Below, one piece after another: positions 37,501-50,414 of a stretch of 64,000 nucleotides of DNA; position 1 is the first letter of the stretch, and every line of letters begins with the position of its first letter. The stretch lies in the NCBI GenBank assembly GCA_043228905.1, contig JBHGNT010000020.1:15748001-15812000 (forward strand), written 5' to 3'. Below the pieces are notes generated by a model. It searched no databases, was not told the origin of the DNA, and saw only the letters and a list, made by a program, of their open reading frames with translations. Source of the stretch: Azolla caroliniana (lineage: Eukaryota; Plantae; Polypodiophyta). The position numbers and the translations under genes are program-made.

Positions 37501-40500
37501 TAGCTATGATATAGAATTAAAAAATCAAGACTTTGAAACTCAGGTCGAGAGACATGAAGAAATTAGCAAATTTGAGGAGGGAGTTGAGAAGAGCCCGTGA
37601 GTAAATTAAAATGGTCATACCTGGCTCGTGTGATATCGGATTTCTGTGTTCAAACATGCGAATCGAAGCTAACAATCCTAGCTATGTTATGGAATTAAGA
37701 AATCAAGATTTTGAAACTCAGGTCGAGAGACATGAAGAAATTAGCAAATTTGAGAAGGGAGTTGAGAAGAGCCCGTGAGTAAATTAAAATGGTCATACCT
37801 GGCTCGTGTGATATCGGATTTCTGTGTTCAAACATGCGTATCGAACGTAACAATGCTAGCTATGTTATGGAATTAAGAAATCAAGATTTTGAAACTCAGG
37901 TCGAGAGACATGAAGAAATTAGAATTTTGAGCAGGGACTCGAGAAGAGGCCGTGAGTAACTGAAAATGTTCATACCAGGCTCGTGTGATATCGGATTTTT
38001 GTGTTCAAACATGCGTATCGAAGCTAACAATGCTAGCTATGATATGGAATTAAAAAATCAAGATTTTAAATTTCAGGTCGAGAGACATGAAGAAATTAGC
38101 AAATTTGAGGAGGGAGTTGAGAAGAGCCCCTGAGTAAATTAAAATGTTCATACCTGGCTCGTGTGATAACGGATTTCTGTGTTCAAACATGTGTATCGAA
38201 GCTAACAATGCTAGCTATGATATAGAATTAAAAAATCAAGACTTTGAAACTCAGGTCGAGAGACATGAAGAAATTAGCAAATTTGAGGAGGGAGTTGAGA
38301 AGAGCCCGTGAGTAAATTAAAATGGTCATACCTGGCTCGTGTGATATCGGATTTCTGTGTTCAAACATGCGAATCGAAGATAACAACGCTAGCTATGACA
38401 TGGAATTAAAAAATCAAGATTTTGAAACTCAGATCAAGAGACATGAAGAAATTAGCAAATTTGAGAAGGGAGTTGAGAAGAGCCCGTGAGTAAATTAAAA
38501 TGGTCATACCTGGCTCGTGTGATATCGGATTTCTGTGTTCAAACATGCGTATCAAACGTAACAATACTAGCTATGTTATGGAATTAAAAAATCAAGATAT
38601 TGAAACTCAGGTCGAGAGACATGAAGAAATTAGCAAATTTGAGGAGGGAATCGATCAATGTTTTGAAACTCAGGTCGAGAGACATGAAGTAATTAGCAAA
38701 TTTAAGGAGGGAGTGGAGAAGAGCCCGTGAGTAAATTAAAATGGTCATACCTGGCTCGTGTGATATCGGATGTTTGTGTTGAAACATGCGAATCGAAGCT
38801 AACAAAGCTAGCGATGATATGGAATTAAAAAATCAAGATTCTGAAACTCAGGTCCAGAGACATGAAGAAATTAACAAATTTGAGGAGGGAGTTGAGAAGA
38901 GCCCGTGAGTAAATTAAAATGGTCATACCTAGCTCGTGTGATATCGGATTTCTGTGTTCAAACATGCGAATCGAAGCTAACAATGCTAGCTATGTTATGG
39001 AATTAAAAAATCAAGATTTTAAAATTCAGGTCGAGAGACATGAAGAAATTAGCAAATTGGAGGAGGGAGTTGAGAAGAGCCCGTGAGTAAATTAAAATGT
39101 TCATACCTGGCTCGTGTGATAACGGATTTCTGTGTTCAAACATGTGTATCGAAGCTAACAATGCTAGCTATGATATAGAATTAAAAAATCAAGATTCTGA
39201 AACTCAGGTCGAGACACATGAAGAAATTACCAAATTTGAGGAGGGAGTTGAGAAGAGCCCGTGAGTAAATTAAAATGTTCATACCTGGCTCGTGTGATAT
39301 CGGATTTCTGTGTTCAAACATGCGTATCAAAGCTAACAATGCTAGCTATGTTATGGAATTAAGAAATCAAGATTTTGAAACTCAGGTCGATAGACATGAA
39401 GGAATTAGCAAATTTGAGGAGGGACTTGAGAAGAGCCCGTGAGTAAATTAAAATGGTCATACCTGGCTCGTGTGATATCGGATTTCTGTGTTAAAACATG
39501 CAGATGGAAGCTGACAACGCTAGCTATGATAAGCAATTAAAAAATCAAGATTTTGAAACTCACGTCGAGAGACATGAAGAAATTAGCAAATTTGAGGAGG
39601 GACATGATAACAGCCCGTGAGAAAATTAAAATGGTCATGGCTGGCTCGTGTGATATCGGATGTTTGTGTTGAAACATGGGAATTAAAAAATCAAGATTTT
39701 GAAACATAGCAAATTTGAGGATGGACTCGAGAAGACCCTGTGAGTAAATTAAAATGGTCATACCTGGCTCGTGTGATATCGGATTTCTGTGTTCAAACAT
39801 GCGTATTGAAGCTAAGAATGCTAGCTATGTTATGGAATTAAATAATCAAGATTTTGAAACTTAGGTCGAGAGACATGAAGAAATTAGCCAATTTGAGGAG
39901 GGACATGAGAAGAGCCCGTGAGTAAATTATAATGTTCATACCTGGCTCGTGTGATATCGGATTTTTGTGTTCAGACATGCATATCGAAGCTAACAAAGCT
40001 AGCTATGATATGGAATTAAAAAATCAATATTTTGAAGCTTAGGTCAAGAGACATGAAGAGACATGCAATTAAAATATTCATACCTGGCTCGTGTGATATC
40101 GGATTTTTGTGTTCAAACATTCGTATCGAAGCTAAGAATGCTAGCTATGTTATGGAATTCAAAAATTAAGATTTTGAAACTCAGGTCGAGAGACATGAAG
40201 AAATTAGCAAATTTGAGGAGGGACATGAGAAGAGCCCGTGAGTAAATTAAAATGTTCATACCTGGCTCGTGTGATATCGGATTTTTGTGTTCAAACATGC
40301 AAATCGAAGCTAACAATGCTAGCTATGATATGGAATTAAAAAATCAAGATTTTGAGACTCATGTCAAGAGACATGAAGAAATTAGCAAATTTAAGCAAGA
40401 ACATCAGAAGAGTCGGTGAGTGAATTAAAATGTTCATACCTGGCTCGTGTGATATCGGATTTTTGTGTTCAAACATGCGTATTGAAACTCACAACGCTAG

Positions 40501-43271
40501 CTATGATAAGCCATTAAAAAATCAAGATTTTGAAACTCAGGTCGAGAGACATGAAGAAATTAGCAAATTTGAGGATGGACTCGAGAAGAGCCTCTAAGTA
40601 AATTAAAATGTTCATACCTGGCTCGTGTGATATCGGATTTTTGTGTTCAAACATTCAAATCGAAGTTAAGAAAGCTAGCTACGATATGGAATTAAAAAAT
40701 CAAGATTTTGAAACTCAGGTCGAGAGACATGAAGAAATTAGCAAATTTGAGGAGTGACATCAGAAGAGCCCGTGAGTAAATTAAAATGTTCATACCTGGC
40801 TCGTGTGATATCGGATTTTTGTGTTCAAACATGCAAATCGAAGCTAACAATGCTAACTATGATATGGAATTAAAAAATCAAGATTTTGGAACTCAGGTCA
40901 AGAGACATGAAGACATTAGCAAATTTAAGCAAGAACATCAGAAGAGTCGGTGAGTGAATTAAAATGTTCATACCTAGCTCGTGTGATATCGGATTTTTGT
41001 GTTCAAACATGCGTATTGAAACTCACAACGCTAGCTATGATAAGCCATTAAAAAATCAAGATTTTGAAACTCAGGTCGAGAGACATGAAGAAATTAGCAA
41101 ATTTGAGGATGGACTCGAGAAGAGCCTATGAGTAAATTAAAATGTTCATACCCGGGTCGTGTGATATCGGATTTTTGTGTTCAAACATTCAAATCGAAGC
41201 TAACAAAGCTAGCTATGATCTGGAATTAAAAAATCAAGATTTTGAAACTCAGGTCGAGAGACATGAAGAAATTAGGAAATTTGAGGAGGGACATGAGAAG
41301 AGCCTGTGGATGGACTCGAGAAGAGCCTGTGTGTAAATTAAAATGTTCATACTTGGGTCATGTGATATCGGATTTCTGTGTTCAAACATGCGTATGGAAG
41401 TTAAGAATGCTAGCTATGTTATGGAATTAGAAAATGAAGCTTTTGAAACTCAGGTCGAGAGACATGAAGAAATTAGCAAATTTGAGGAGGTACATGAGAA
41501 GAGACCGTGAGTAAATTAAAATGTTCATACCTGGCTCATGTGATATTGGATGTTTGTGTTGAATCATGCGAATCGAAGTTAACAAAGCTAGCTATGATAT
41601 GGAATTAAAAAATCAAGATTTTAAAACTCAGATCGAGAGACATGAAGAAATTAGCAAATTTGAGGAGGGACTTGGGAAGAGCCCGTGAGTAAATTAAAAA
41701 GTTCATACCTGGTTCGTGTGATATCGGATTTTTGTGTTCAAACATGCAAATCGAAGCTAACAAAGCTAGCTATGATATGGAATTAAAAAATCGGGATTTT
41801 GAAACTCAGGTCAAGAGTCATGAAGAAATTAGCAAATTTCAGGAAGGACATGAGAAGAGCCTGTGAGTAAATTAAAATGTTCATACCTGGCTCGTGTCAT
41901 ATCGGATTTTTGTGTTCAAATATGCGTATTGAAACTCACAACGCTAGCTATGATAAGCAATTAAAAAATCAAGATTTTGAAACTCAAGTCGAGCGACATG
42001 AAGAAATTAGTAAATTTGAGGATGGACTCGAGAAGAGCGTGTGAGTAAATTAAAATGTTCATACCTGGCTCGTGTGATATCGGATTTTTGTGTTCAAACA
42101 TTCAAATCGAAGTTAACAAAGCTAGCTACGATATGGAATTAAAAAATCAAGATTTTGAAACTCAGGTCGAGAGACATGAAGAAATTAGCAAATTTGAGGA
42201 AGGACATGAGAAGAGCCTGTGTGTAAATTAAAATGTTCATACCTGGGTCGTGTGATATCGGATTTTTGTGTTCAAACATCCAAATCGAAGCTAACAAAGC
42301 TAGCTATGATATGGAATTAAAAAATCAAGATTTTGATACTCAGGTCGAGAGACATGAAGAAATTAGCAAATTTGAGGAAGGACATGAGAAAAGCCCGTAA
42401 GTAAATTAAAATGTTCATACCTGGCTCGTGTGATATCGGATTACTGTGTTCAAACATGCGTATCGAAGCTCACAATGCTAGCTATGATATGGACTTACAA
42501 AATCAAGATTTTGAAACTCAGGTCGAGAGACATGAAGAAATTAGCAAATTTGAGGAGGGACTTGAGAAGAGCCTATGAGTAAATTAAAATGTTCATACCA
42601 GGCTCGTGTGATATCGGATTTTTGTGTTCAAACATGGATATCGAAGCTAACAATGCTAGCTATGATATGGACTTAAAAAAGCAAGATTTTGAAACTCAGG
42701 TCGAGAGACATGAAGAAATTAGCAAATTTGAGAAGGGAGTTGAGAAGAGCCCGTGAGTAAATTAAAATGGTCATACCTGGCTTGTGTGATATCGGATTTC
42801 TGTGTTAAAACATGCGAATCGAAGCTAACAAAGCTAGCTATGATATAGAATTAAAAAATCAAGATTCTGAAACTCAGGTCGAGAGACATGAAGAAATTAG
42901 CAAATTTAAGGAGGGACTTGAGAAGATCCCGTGAGTAAATTAAAATGTTCATACCTGGCTCATGTGATATTGGATTTTTGTGTTCAAACATGCGTATCGA
43001 AGCTAACAAAGCTAGGTATGATATGGAATTAAAAAACAAGATTTTGAAACTCAGGTCGAGAGACATGAAGAAATTAGCAAATTTGAGGAGGGACTTGAGA
43101 AGAGCCCATGAGTAAATTAAAATGGTCATACCTGGCTTGTGTGATATCGGATTTTTGTGTTCAAACATGCGTATCGAAACTAACAATGCTAGCTATGATA
43201 TGGATTTAAAAAATCAAGATTTTCAAACTCAAGTCGATAGACATGAGGAAATTAGCAAATTTGAGGAGGGA
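25581..43271 (+). repeat. 178-bp satellite array, middle domains including a 3557-bp tandem duplication
   Basis: Same monomer. The private variant tcgtgtcata recurs at 31401 and 34958. Confidence 0.97.
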
Positions 43272-43452
43272 ATAAATGAGAGAGAGAGAGAGAGGGAAGC
43301 TTTTTGTTTTCTTCTTGACAAAAAAAAACAAAAACTGATAAATATCTCAAATGCTATTATTTGTTTTTATATCAAAATAAAAAGAAAGAAGGATCATTTT
43401 TAACCATTGAAAGTTTGATGATGTATTTGATGATGTCATCTTGCCTGCTCTG

Positions 43453-43497
<45 letters not shown>

Positions 43498-43566
43498 GTA
43501 TCTCCCCCTTCTTTAATATATTGTTTGCTCATATGGCAATGGGAACAAGGGGGGAGTAGATATACA
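43272..43566. other. 295-bp non-satellite AT-rich insert with (GA)8 and (TC)20 tracts
   Basis: Interrupts one monomer between GAGGAGGGA and GAGAAGAGCCC, replacing about 3 bp. No TSD. Confidence 0.9.
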
Positions 43567-46500
43567 GAGAAGAGCCCGTGAGTAAATTAAAATGTTCATA
43601 CCAGGCTCGTGTGATATCGGATTTTTGTGTTCAAACATGCGTATCGAAGCTAACAATGCTAGTTATGATATGGAAGTAAAAAATCAAGATTCTAAAATTC
43701 AGGTCGATAGACATGAAGAAATTAGCCAATTTGAGGAGGGAGTTAAGAAGAGCCCGTGAGTAAATTAAAATGTTCATACCTGGCTCGTGTGATAACGGAT
43801 TTCTGTGTTCAAACATGTGTATCGAAGCTAACAATGCCTGCTATGTTATGGAATTAAGTAATCAAGATTTTGAAACTCAGGTCGAGAGACATGAAGAAAT
43901 TAGCAAATTTGAGGAGGGAGTTGAGAAGAGCCCGCGAGTAAATTAAAATGGTCATACCTGGCTCGTGTGATATCCGATTTTTGTGTTCAAACATGCGAAT
44001 CGAAGATAACAACGCTAGCTATGATATGGAAGTAAAAAATCAAGATTCTGAAATTCAGGTCGATAGACATGAAGAAATTAGCCAATTTGAGGAGGGCTTG
44101 TGAGTAAATTAAAATGTTCATACCAGGCTCGTGTGATATCGGATGTTTGTGTTCAAACATGGATATCGAAGCTAACAATGCTAGCTATGATATGGACTAA
44201 AAAAAAATCAAGATTTTGAAACTCAGGTCGAGAGACATGAAGAAATTAGCAAATTTGAGAAGGGAGTTGACAAGAGCCCGTGAGTAAATTAAAATTGTCA
44301 TACCTGGCTCGTGTGATATTGGATTTCTGTGTTCAAACATGCGTATCGAACCTAGCAATGCTAGCTATATTATGGAATTAAGAAATCAAGATTTTGAAAC
44401 TCAGGTCGAGAGACATGAAGAAATTAGCAAATTTGAGAAGGGAGTTGAGAAGAGCCCGTGAGTAAATTAAAATGGTCATACCTGGCTCGTGTGATATCGG
44501 ATTTCTGTGTTCAAACATGCGTATCGAACCTAACAATGCTAGCTATGTTATGGAATTAAGAAATCAAGATTTTGAAACTCAGGTCGAGAGACATGAAGAA
44601 ATTAGCAAATTTGAGGAGGGACTTGAGAAGAGCCCGTGAGTAAATGAAAATGTTCATACCAGGATCGTGTGATATCGGATATTTGTGTTCAAACATGCGT
44701 ATCGAAGCTAACAATGGTAGCTATGATATGGAATTAAAAAATAAAGATTCTGAAATTTAGGTCGATAGACATGAAGAAATTAGCCAATTTGAGGAGCGAG
44801 TTGAGAAGAGCCCGTGAGTAAATTAAAATGTTCATACCTGGCTCGTGTGATAACGGATTTCTGTGTTCAAACATGTGTATCGAAGCTAACAATGCTAGCT
44901 ATGTTATGGAATTAAGAAATCAAGATTTTGAAACTCAGGTCGAGAGACATGAAGAAATTAGCAAATTTGAGGAGGGAGTTGAGAAGAGCCCGTGAGTAAA
45001 TTAAAATGGTCATACCTGGCTCGTGTGATATTGGATTTTTGTGTTCAAACATGCGAATCGAAGATAACAACGCTACCTATGACATGGAATTAAAAAATCA
45101 AGATTTTGAAACTCAGGTCGAGAGACATGAAGAAATTAGCAAATTTGAGGAGGGAGTTGAGAAGAGCCCGTGAGTAAATTAAAATGGTCATACTTGGCTC
45201 GTGTGATATCGAGTTTTTGTGTTCAAACATGCGAATCGTAGCTAACAAAGCTAGCTATGATATGGAATTAAAAAATCAAGATTTTGAAACCTAGGTCGAG
45301 AGACATGAAGAAATTAGCAAATTTGAGGGGGACATGAGAAGAGCCCATGAGTAAATTAAAATGGTCATACCTGGCTCGTGTGATATCGGATTTCTGTGTT
45401 CAAACATAAGTATCGAAGCTAACCATGCTAGCTATGATATAGAATTTAAAAATCAAGATTCTGAAACTCAGGTCGAGAGACATGAAAAAATTAGCAAATT
45501 TGAGGAGGGAGTTGAGAAGAGCCCGTGAGTAAATTAAAATGTTCATACCTGGCTCGTGTGATATCGGATTTTTGTGTTCAAACATGCGTATCGAAGCTAA
45601 CAAAGCTAGGTATGATATGGAATTAAGAAATCAAGATTCTTAGACTCAGGTCGAGAAACATGAAGAAATTAGCAAATTTGAGGAGGGAATTGAGAAGAGC
45701 CCGTGAGTAAATTAAAATGGTCATACCTGGCTCGTGTGATATCGGATTTTTGTGTTCAAAAATGCGAATCGTAGATAACAACGCTAGCTATGATATGGAA
45801 GTAAAAAATCAAGATTCTGAAATTCAGGTCGATAGACATGAAGAAATTAGCCAATTTGAGGAGGGCTTGTGAGTAAATTAAAATGTTCATACCAGGCTCG
45901 TGTGATAACGGATTTCTGTGTTCAAACATGCGTATCGAAGCTAACAATGCTAGCTATGTTATGTTATTAAGAAATCAAGATTTTGAAACTCAGGTCGAGA
46001 GACATGAAGAAATTAGCAATTTGAGGAGGGAGTTGAGAAGAGCCCGTGAGTAAATTAAAATGGTCATACCTGGCTCGTGTGATATCGGATTTTTGTGTTC
46101 AAACATGCGAATCGAAGCTAACAATGCTAGCTATGTTATGGAATTAAAAAATCAAGATTTTGAAACTCAGGTCGAGAGACATGAAGAAATTAGCAAATTT
46201 GAGAAGGGAGTTGAGAAGAGCCCGTGAGTAAATTAAAATTGTCATACCTGGCTCGTGTGATATTGGATTTCTGTGTTCAAACATGCGTATCGAACCTAGC
46301 AATGCTAGCTATATTATGGAATTAAGAAATCAAGATTTTGAAACTCAGGTCGAGAGACATGAAGAAATTAGCAAATTTGAGAAGGGAGTTGAGAAGAGCC
46401 CGTGAGTAAATTAAAATTGTCATACCTGGCTCGTGTGATATTGGATTTCTGTGTTCAAACATGCGTATCGAACCTAGCAATGCTAGCTATATTATGGAAT

Positions 46501-49500
46501 TAAGAAATCAAGATTTTGAAACTCAGGTCGAGAGACATGAAGAAATTAGCAAATTTGAGAAGGGAGTTGAGAAGAGCCCGTGAGTAAATTAAAATGGTCA
46601 TACCTGGCTCGTGTGATATCGGATTTTTGTGTTCAAACATGCGAATCGAAGCTAACAATGCTAGCTATGTTATGGAATTAAAAAATCAAGATTTTGAAAC
46701 TCAGGTCGAGAGACATGAAGAAATTAGCAAATTTGAGAAGGGAGTTGAGAAGAGCCCGTGAGTAAATTAAAATTGTCATACCTGGCTCGTGTGATATTGG
46801 ATTTCTGTGTTCAAACATGCGTATCGAACCTAGCAATGCTAGCTATATTATGGAATTAAGAAATCAAGATTTTGAAACTCAGGTCGAGAGACATGAAGCA
46901 ATTAGCAAATTTGAGGAGGGACTTGAGAAGAGCCCGTGAGTAAATTAAAATGTTCATACCTGGCTCGTGTGATATCGGATTTTTGTGTTCAAACATGCGT
47001 ATCGAAGCTAACAAAGCTAGGTATGATATGGAATTATAAAATCAAGATTTTGAAACTCAGGTCGATAGACATGAAGGATTTAGCAAATTTGAGGAGGGAG
47101 TTGAGAAGAGCCCGTGAGTAAATTAAAATGGTCATACCTGGCTCGTGTGATATCGGATTTCTGTGTTCAAAGATACGAATCGAAGCTAACAACGCTAGCT
47201 ATCTTATGGAATTAAATAATCAAGATTCTGAAACTCAGGTCGAGAGACATGAAGAAATTAGCAAATTTGAAGAGGGAGTTGAGAAGAGCCTGTGAGTAAA
47301 TTAAAATGTTCATACCTGGCTCGTGTGATATCGGATTACTGTGTTCAAATATGCGTATCGAAGCTAACAATGCTAGCTATGCTATGGAATTAAGAAATCA
47401 AGATTTTGAAACTCAGGTCGAGAGACATAAAGAAATTAGCAAATTTGAGGAGGGACTTGAGAAGAACTTGTGAGTAAATTAAAATGTTCATACCAGGCTC
47501 GTGTGATATCGGATTTCTGTGTTCAAACATGGATATCGAAGCTAACAATGCTAGCTATGATATGGAATTAAAAAATCAAGATTTTGAAACTCAGCTCGAG
47601 AGACATGAAGAAATTAGCAAATTTGAGAAGGGAGTTGAGAAGAGCCCGTGAGTAAATTAAAATGGTCATACCTGGCTCGTGTGATAACGGATTTCTGTGT
47701 TCAAACATGCGTATCGAACCTAGCAATGCTAGCTATATTATGGAATTAAGAAATCAGGATTTTGAAACTCAGGTCGAGAGACATGAAGCAATTAGCAAAT
47801 TTGAGGAGGGACTTGAGAAGAGCCCGTGAGTAAATTAAAATGTTCATACCTGGCTCGTGTGATATCGGATTTTTGTGTTCAAACATGCGTATCGAAGCTA
47901 ACAAAGCTAGGTATGATATGGAATTAAAAAATCAAGATTTTGAAACTCAGGTCGATAGACATGAAGGAATTAGCAAATTTGAGGAGGGAGCTGAGAAGAG
48001 CCCGTGAGTAAATTAAAATGGTCATACCTGGCTCGTGTGATATCGGACTTCTGTGTTCAAAGATACGAATCGAAGGTACCAACGCTAGCTATCTTATGGA
48101 ATTAAGAAATCAAGATTCTGAAACTCAGGTCGAGAGACATGAAGAAATTAGCAAATTTGAGGAGGGAGTTGAGAAGAGCGCGTGAGTAAATTAAAATGGT
48201 CATACCTGGCTCGTGTGATATCAGATTTCTGTGTTCAAACATGAGTATCGAAGCTAACCATGCTAGCTATGATATAGAATTAAAAAATCAAGATTCTGAA
48301 ATTCAGGTAGAGAGACATGAAGAAATTACCAAATTTGAGGAGGGAGTTGAGAAGAGCCTCTGAGTAAATGAAAATGTTCATACCAGGCTCGTGTGATATC
48401 GGATTTTTGTGTTCAAACATGGATATCGAAACTAACAATGCTAGCTATGATATGGACTTAAAAAATCAAGATTTTGAAACTCAGGTGGAGAGACATAAAG
48501 AAATTAGCAAATTTGAGAAGGGAATCGAGAAGAGCCCGTTAGTAAATGAAAATGTTCATACCTAGCTTGTGTGATATCAGATATTTGTGTTCAAACATGT
48601 GAATCGAAGCTAACAACGGTAGCTATGCAATGGAATTAAGAAATCAAGATTTTGAAACTTAGGTCGAGAGACATGAAGAAATTAGCAAATTTGAGGAGGG
48701 AGTTGAGAAGAGCCCGTGAGTAAATTAAAATGGTCATACTTGGCTCGTGTGATATCGGATTTTTGTGTTCAAACATGGATAACGAAGCTAACAAAGCTAG
48801 CTATGATATGGAATTAAAAAATCAAGATTTTGAAACTCAGGTCGATAGACATGAAGGAATTAGCAAATTTGAGGAGGGAGTTGAGAAGAGCCCGTGAGTA
48901 AATTAAAATGGTCATACCTGGCTCGTGTGATATCGGATGTTTGTGTTGAAACATGTGAATCGAAGCTAACAAAGCTAGCGATGATATGGAATTAAAAAAT
49001 CAAGATTTTGAAACTCAGGTCGAGAGACATGAAGAAATTAGCAAATTTTTAGGAGGGACATGAGAAGAGCCTGTGAGTAAATTAAAATGTTCATACCTGG
49101 CTCGGTTTGATATCGGATTTTTGTGTTCAAACATGCGTATCGAAGCTAAGAATGCTAGCTGTGTTATGGAATTAAAAAATCAAGATTTTGAAACTCACGT
49201 CGAGAGACATGAAGAAATTAACAAATTTGAGGAGGGACTTGAGAAGAGCCCGTGAGTAAATTAAAATGTTCATACCTGGCTCGTGTGATATCGGATTTTT
49301 GTGTTCAAACATGCCTATCGAAGCTAACAAAGCTAGGTCTATATGGAATTAAAAAATCAAGATTTTGAAACTCAGGTCGATAGACATGAAGGAATTAGCA
49401 AATTTGAGGAGGGAGTTGAGAAGAGCCCGTGAGTAAATTAAAATGGTCATACCTGGCTCGTGTGATATCGGATTTTTGTGTTCAAAAATGGGAATCGTAG

Positions 49501-49691
49501 CTAACAAAGCTAGCTATGATATGGAAGTAAAAAATCAAGATTTTGAAACTCAGGTCGAGAGACATGAAGAAATTAGCAAATTTAAGGAGGGAGTTGAGAA
49601 GAGCCCGTGAGTAAATTAAAATGTTCATACCTGGCTCGTGTGATAACGGATTTCTGTGTTCAAACATGGATATCGAAGCTAACAATGCTAG
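43567..49691 (+). repeat. 178-bp satellite array
   Basis: Same monomer (GTGAG at 46046 and 46224). Confidence 0.97.
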
Positions 49692-49756
49692 TGTTGGGAT
49701 TTCGGTCCCTCCGGATGGGATGTCCGGAGATGAATGACGGCAAGCCCGGTTGCTGA

Positions 49757-49916
49757 CTACGGAGCCGGATGATGAAGACCCCGGCTACGGAGCCGGATGA
49801 TGAATACCCTGGCTACGGAGCCGGATGATGAAGACCCCGGCTACGGAGCCGGATGATGAATACCCCGGCTATGGAGCCGGATGCTGAAGACCCCGGTTAC
49901 GGAGCCGGATGACGAA
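49757..49916 (+). repeat. 28-bp tandem repeat in U3 (~5.7 copies; copy at 54564-54723)
   Basis: CTACGGAGCCGGATGATGAA(G/T)ACCCCGG starting at 49757, 49785, 49813, 49841, 49869 and 49897. Confidence 0.95.
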
Positions 49917-50015
49917 TGTACCCGGAGGGAGATCCGGATGCGGGGACATATTTGTGAATATGTTTGCCAAGAGCCCTTGAGGCTATATTTGTAAATAGCC
50001 CGAAAGTCATACGTG

Positions 50016-50023
50016 TATAAATA
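50016..50023 (+). promoter_or_regulatory. TATA box of copia LTR
   Basis: TATAAATA downstream of the U3 repeats. Confidence 0.65.
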
Positions 50024-50387
50024 TGACTTAGGGCAAACAGTTTATGTTGCTGCTCATTTTCTGTTTTCCACTTAGAGGGAGCGAAGTGAGAGCAGCCGTG
50101 AGAGAGAGAGGAAGAGGTAGACGCCTCTGTGTATTTCCGCCGCCTGTGGCGAGGACAGCGAGCCCAAGGTCGTCGCCTTGTAGCTCGCCATTGTATACTT
50201 CTCTGTATAGTGTTGATTTGGAGTCTTGTACTCCCGTGGTTTTTCCCGTCTAGGGTTTTCCACGTTAATCCCTGTGTACCCGCGTTTTGTTTCTCTTTGT
50301 GGTTCCTATTTTCTGCTCCATCGATTCGCGCCTACTCGGTTGTGGCTGAGTGGTGAAGGTGAATGTAAGCGTCTATTCTCTACAATC

Positions 50388-50399
50388 TGGTATCAGAGC
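50388..50399 (+). other. Primer-binding site, tRNA-iMet
   Basis: TGGTATCAGAGC 3 nt after the 5' LTR, the canonical plant iMet PBS. Confidence 0.95.
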
Positions 50400-50414
50400 G
50401 AACTGCTGCAGAAA

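Larger units (their letters stand above)
49692..50384 (+). repeat. 5' LTR of copia element (693 bp)
   Basis: Direct repeat of 54499-55191 with 4 visible substitutions. Confidence 0.97.

Noticed and set aside
50226-50414. 63-aa N-terminal extension of the copia ORF
   Set aside because: It starts at a non-ATG codon inside the LTR and crosses the PBS. Gag similarity begins after the ATG at 50415.
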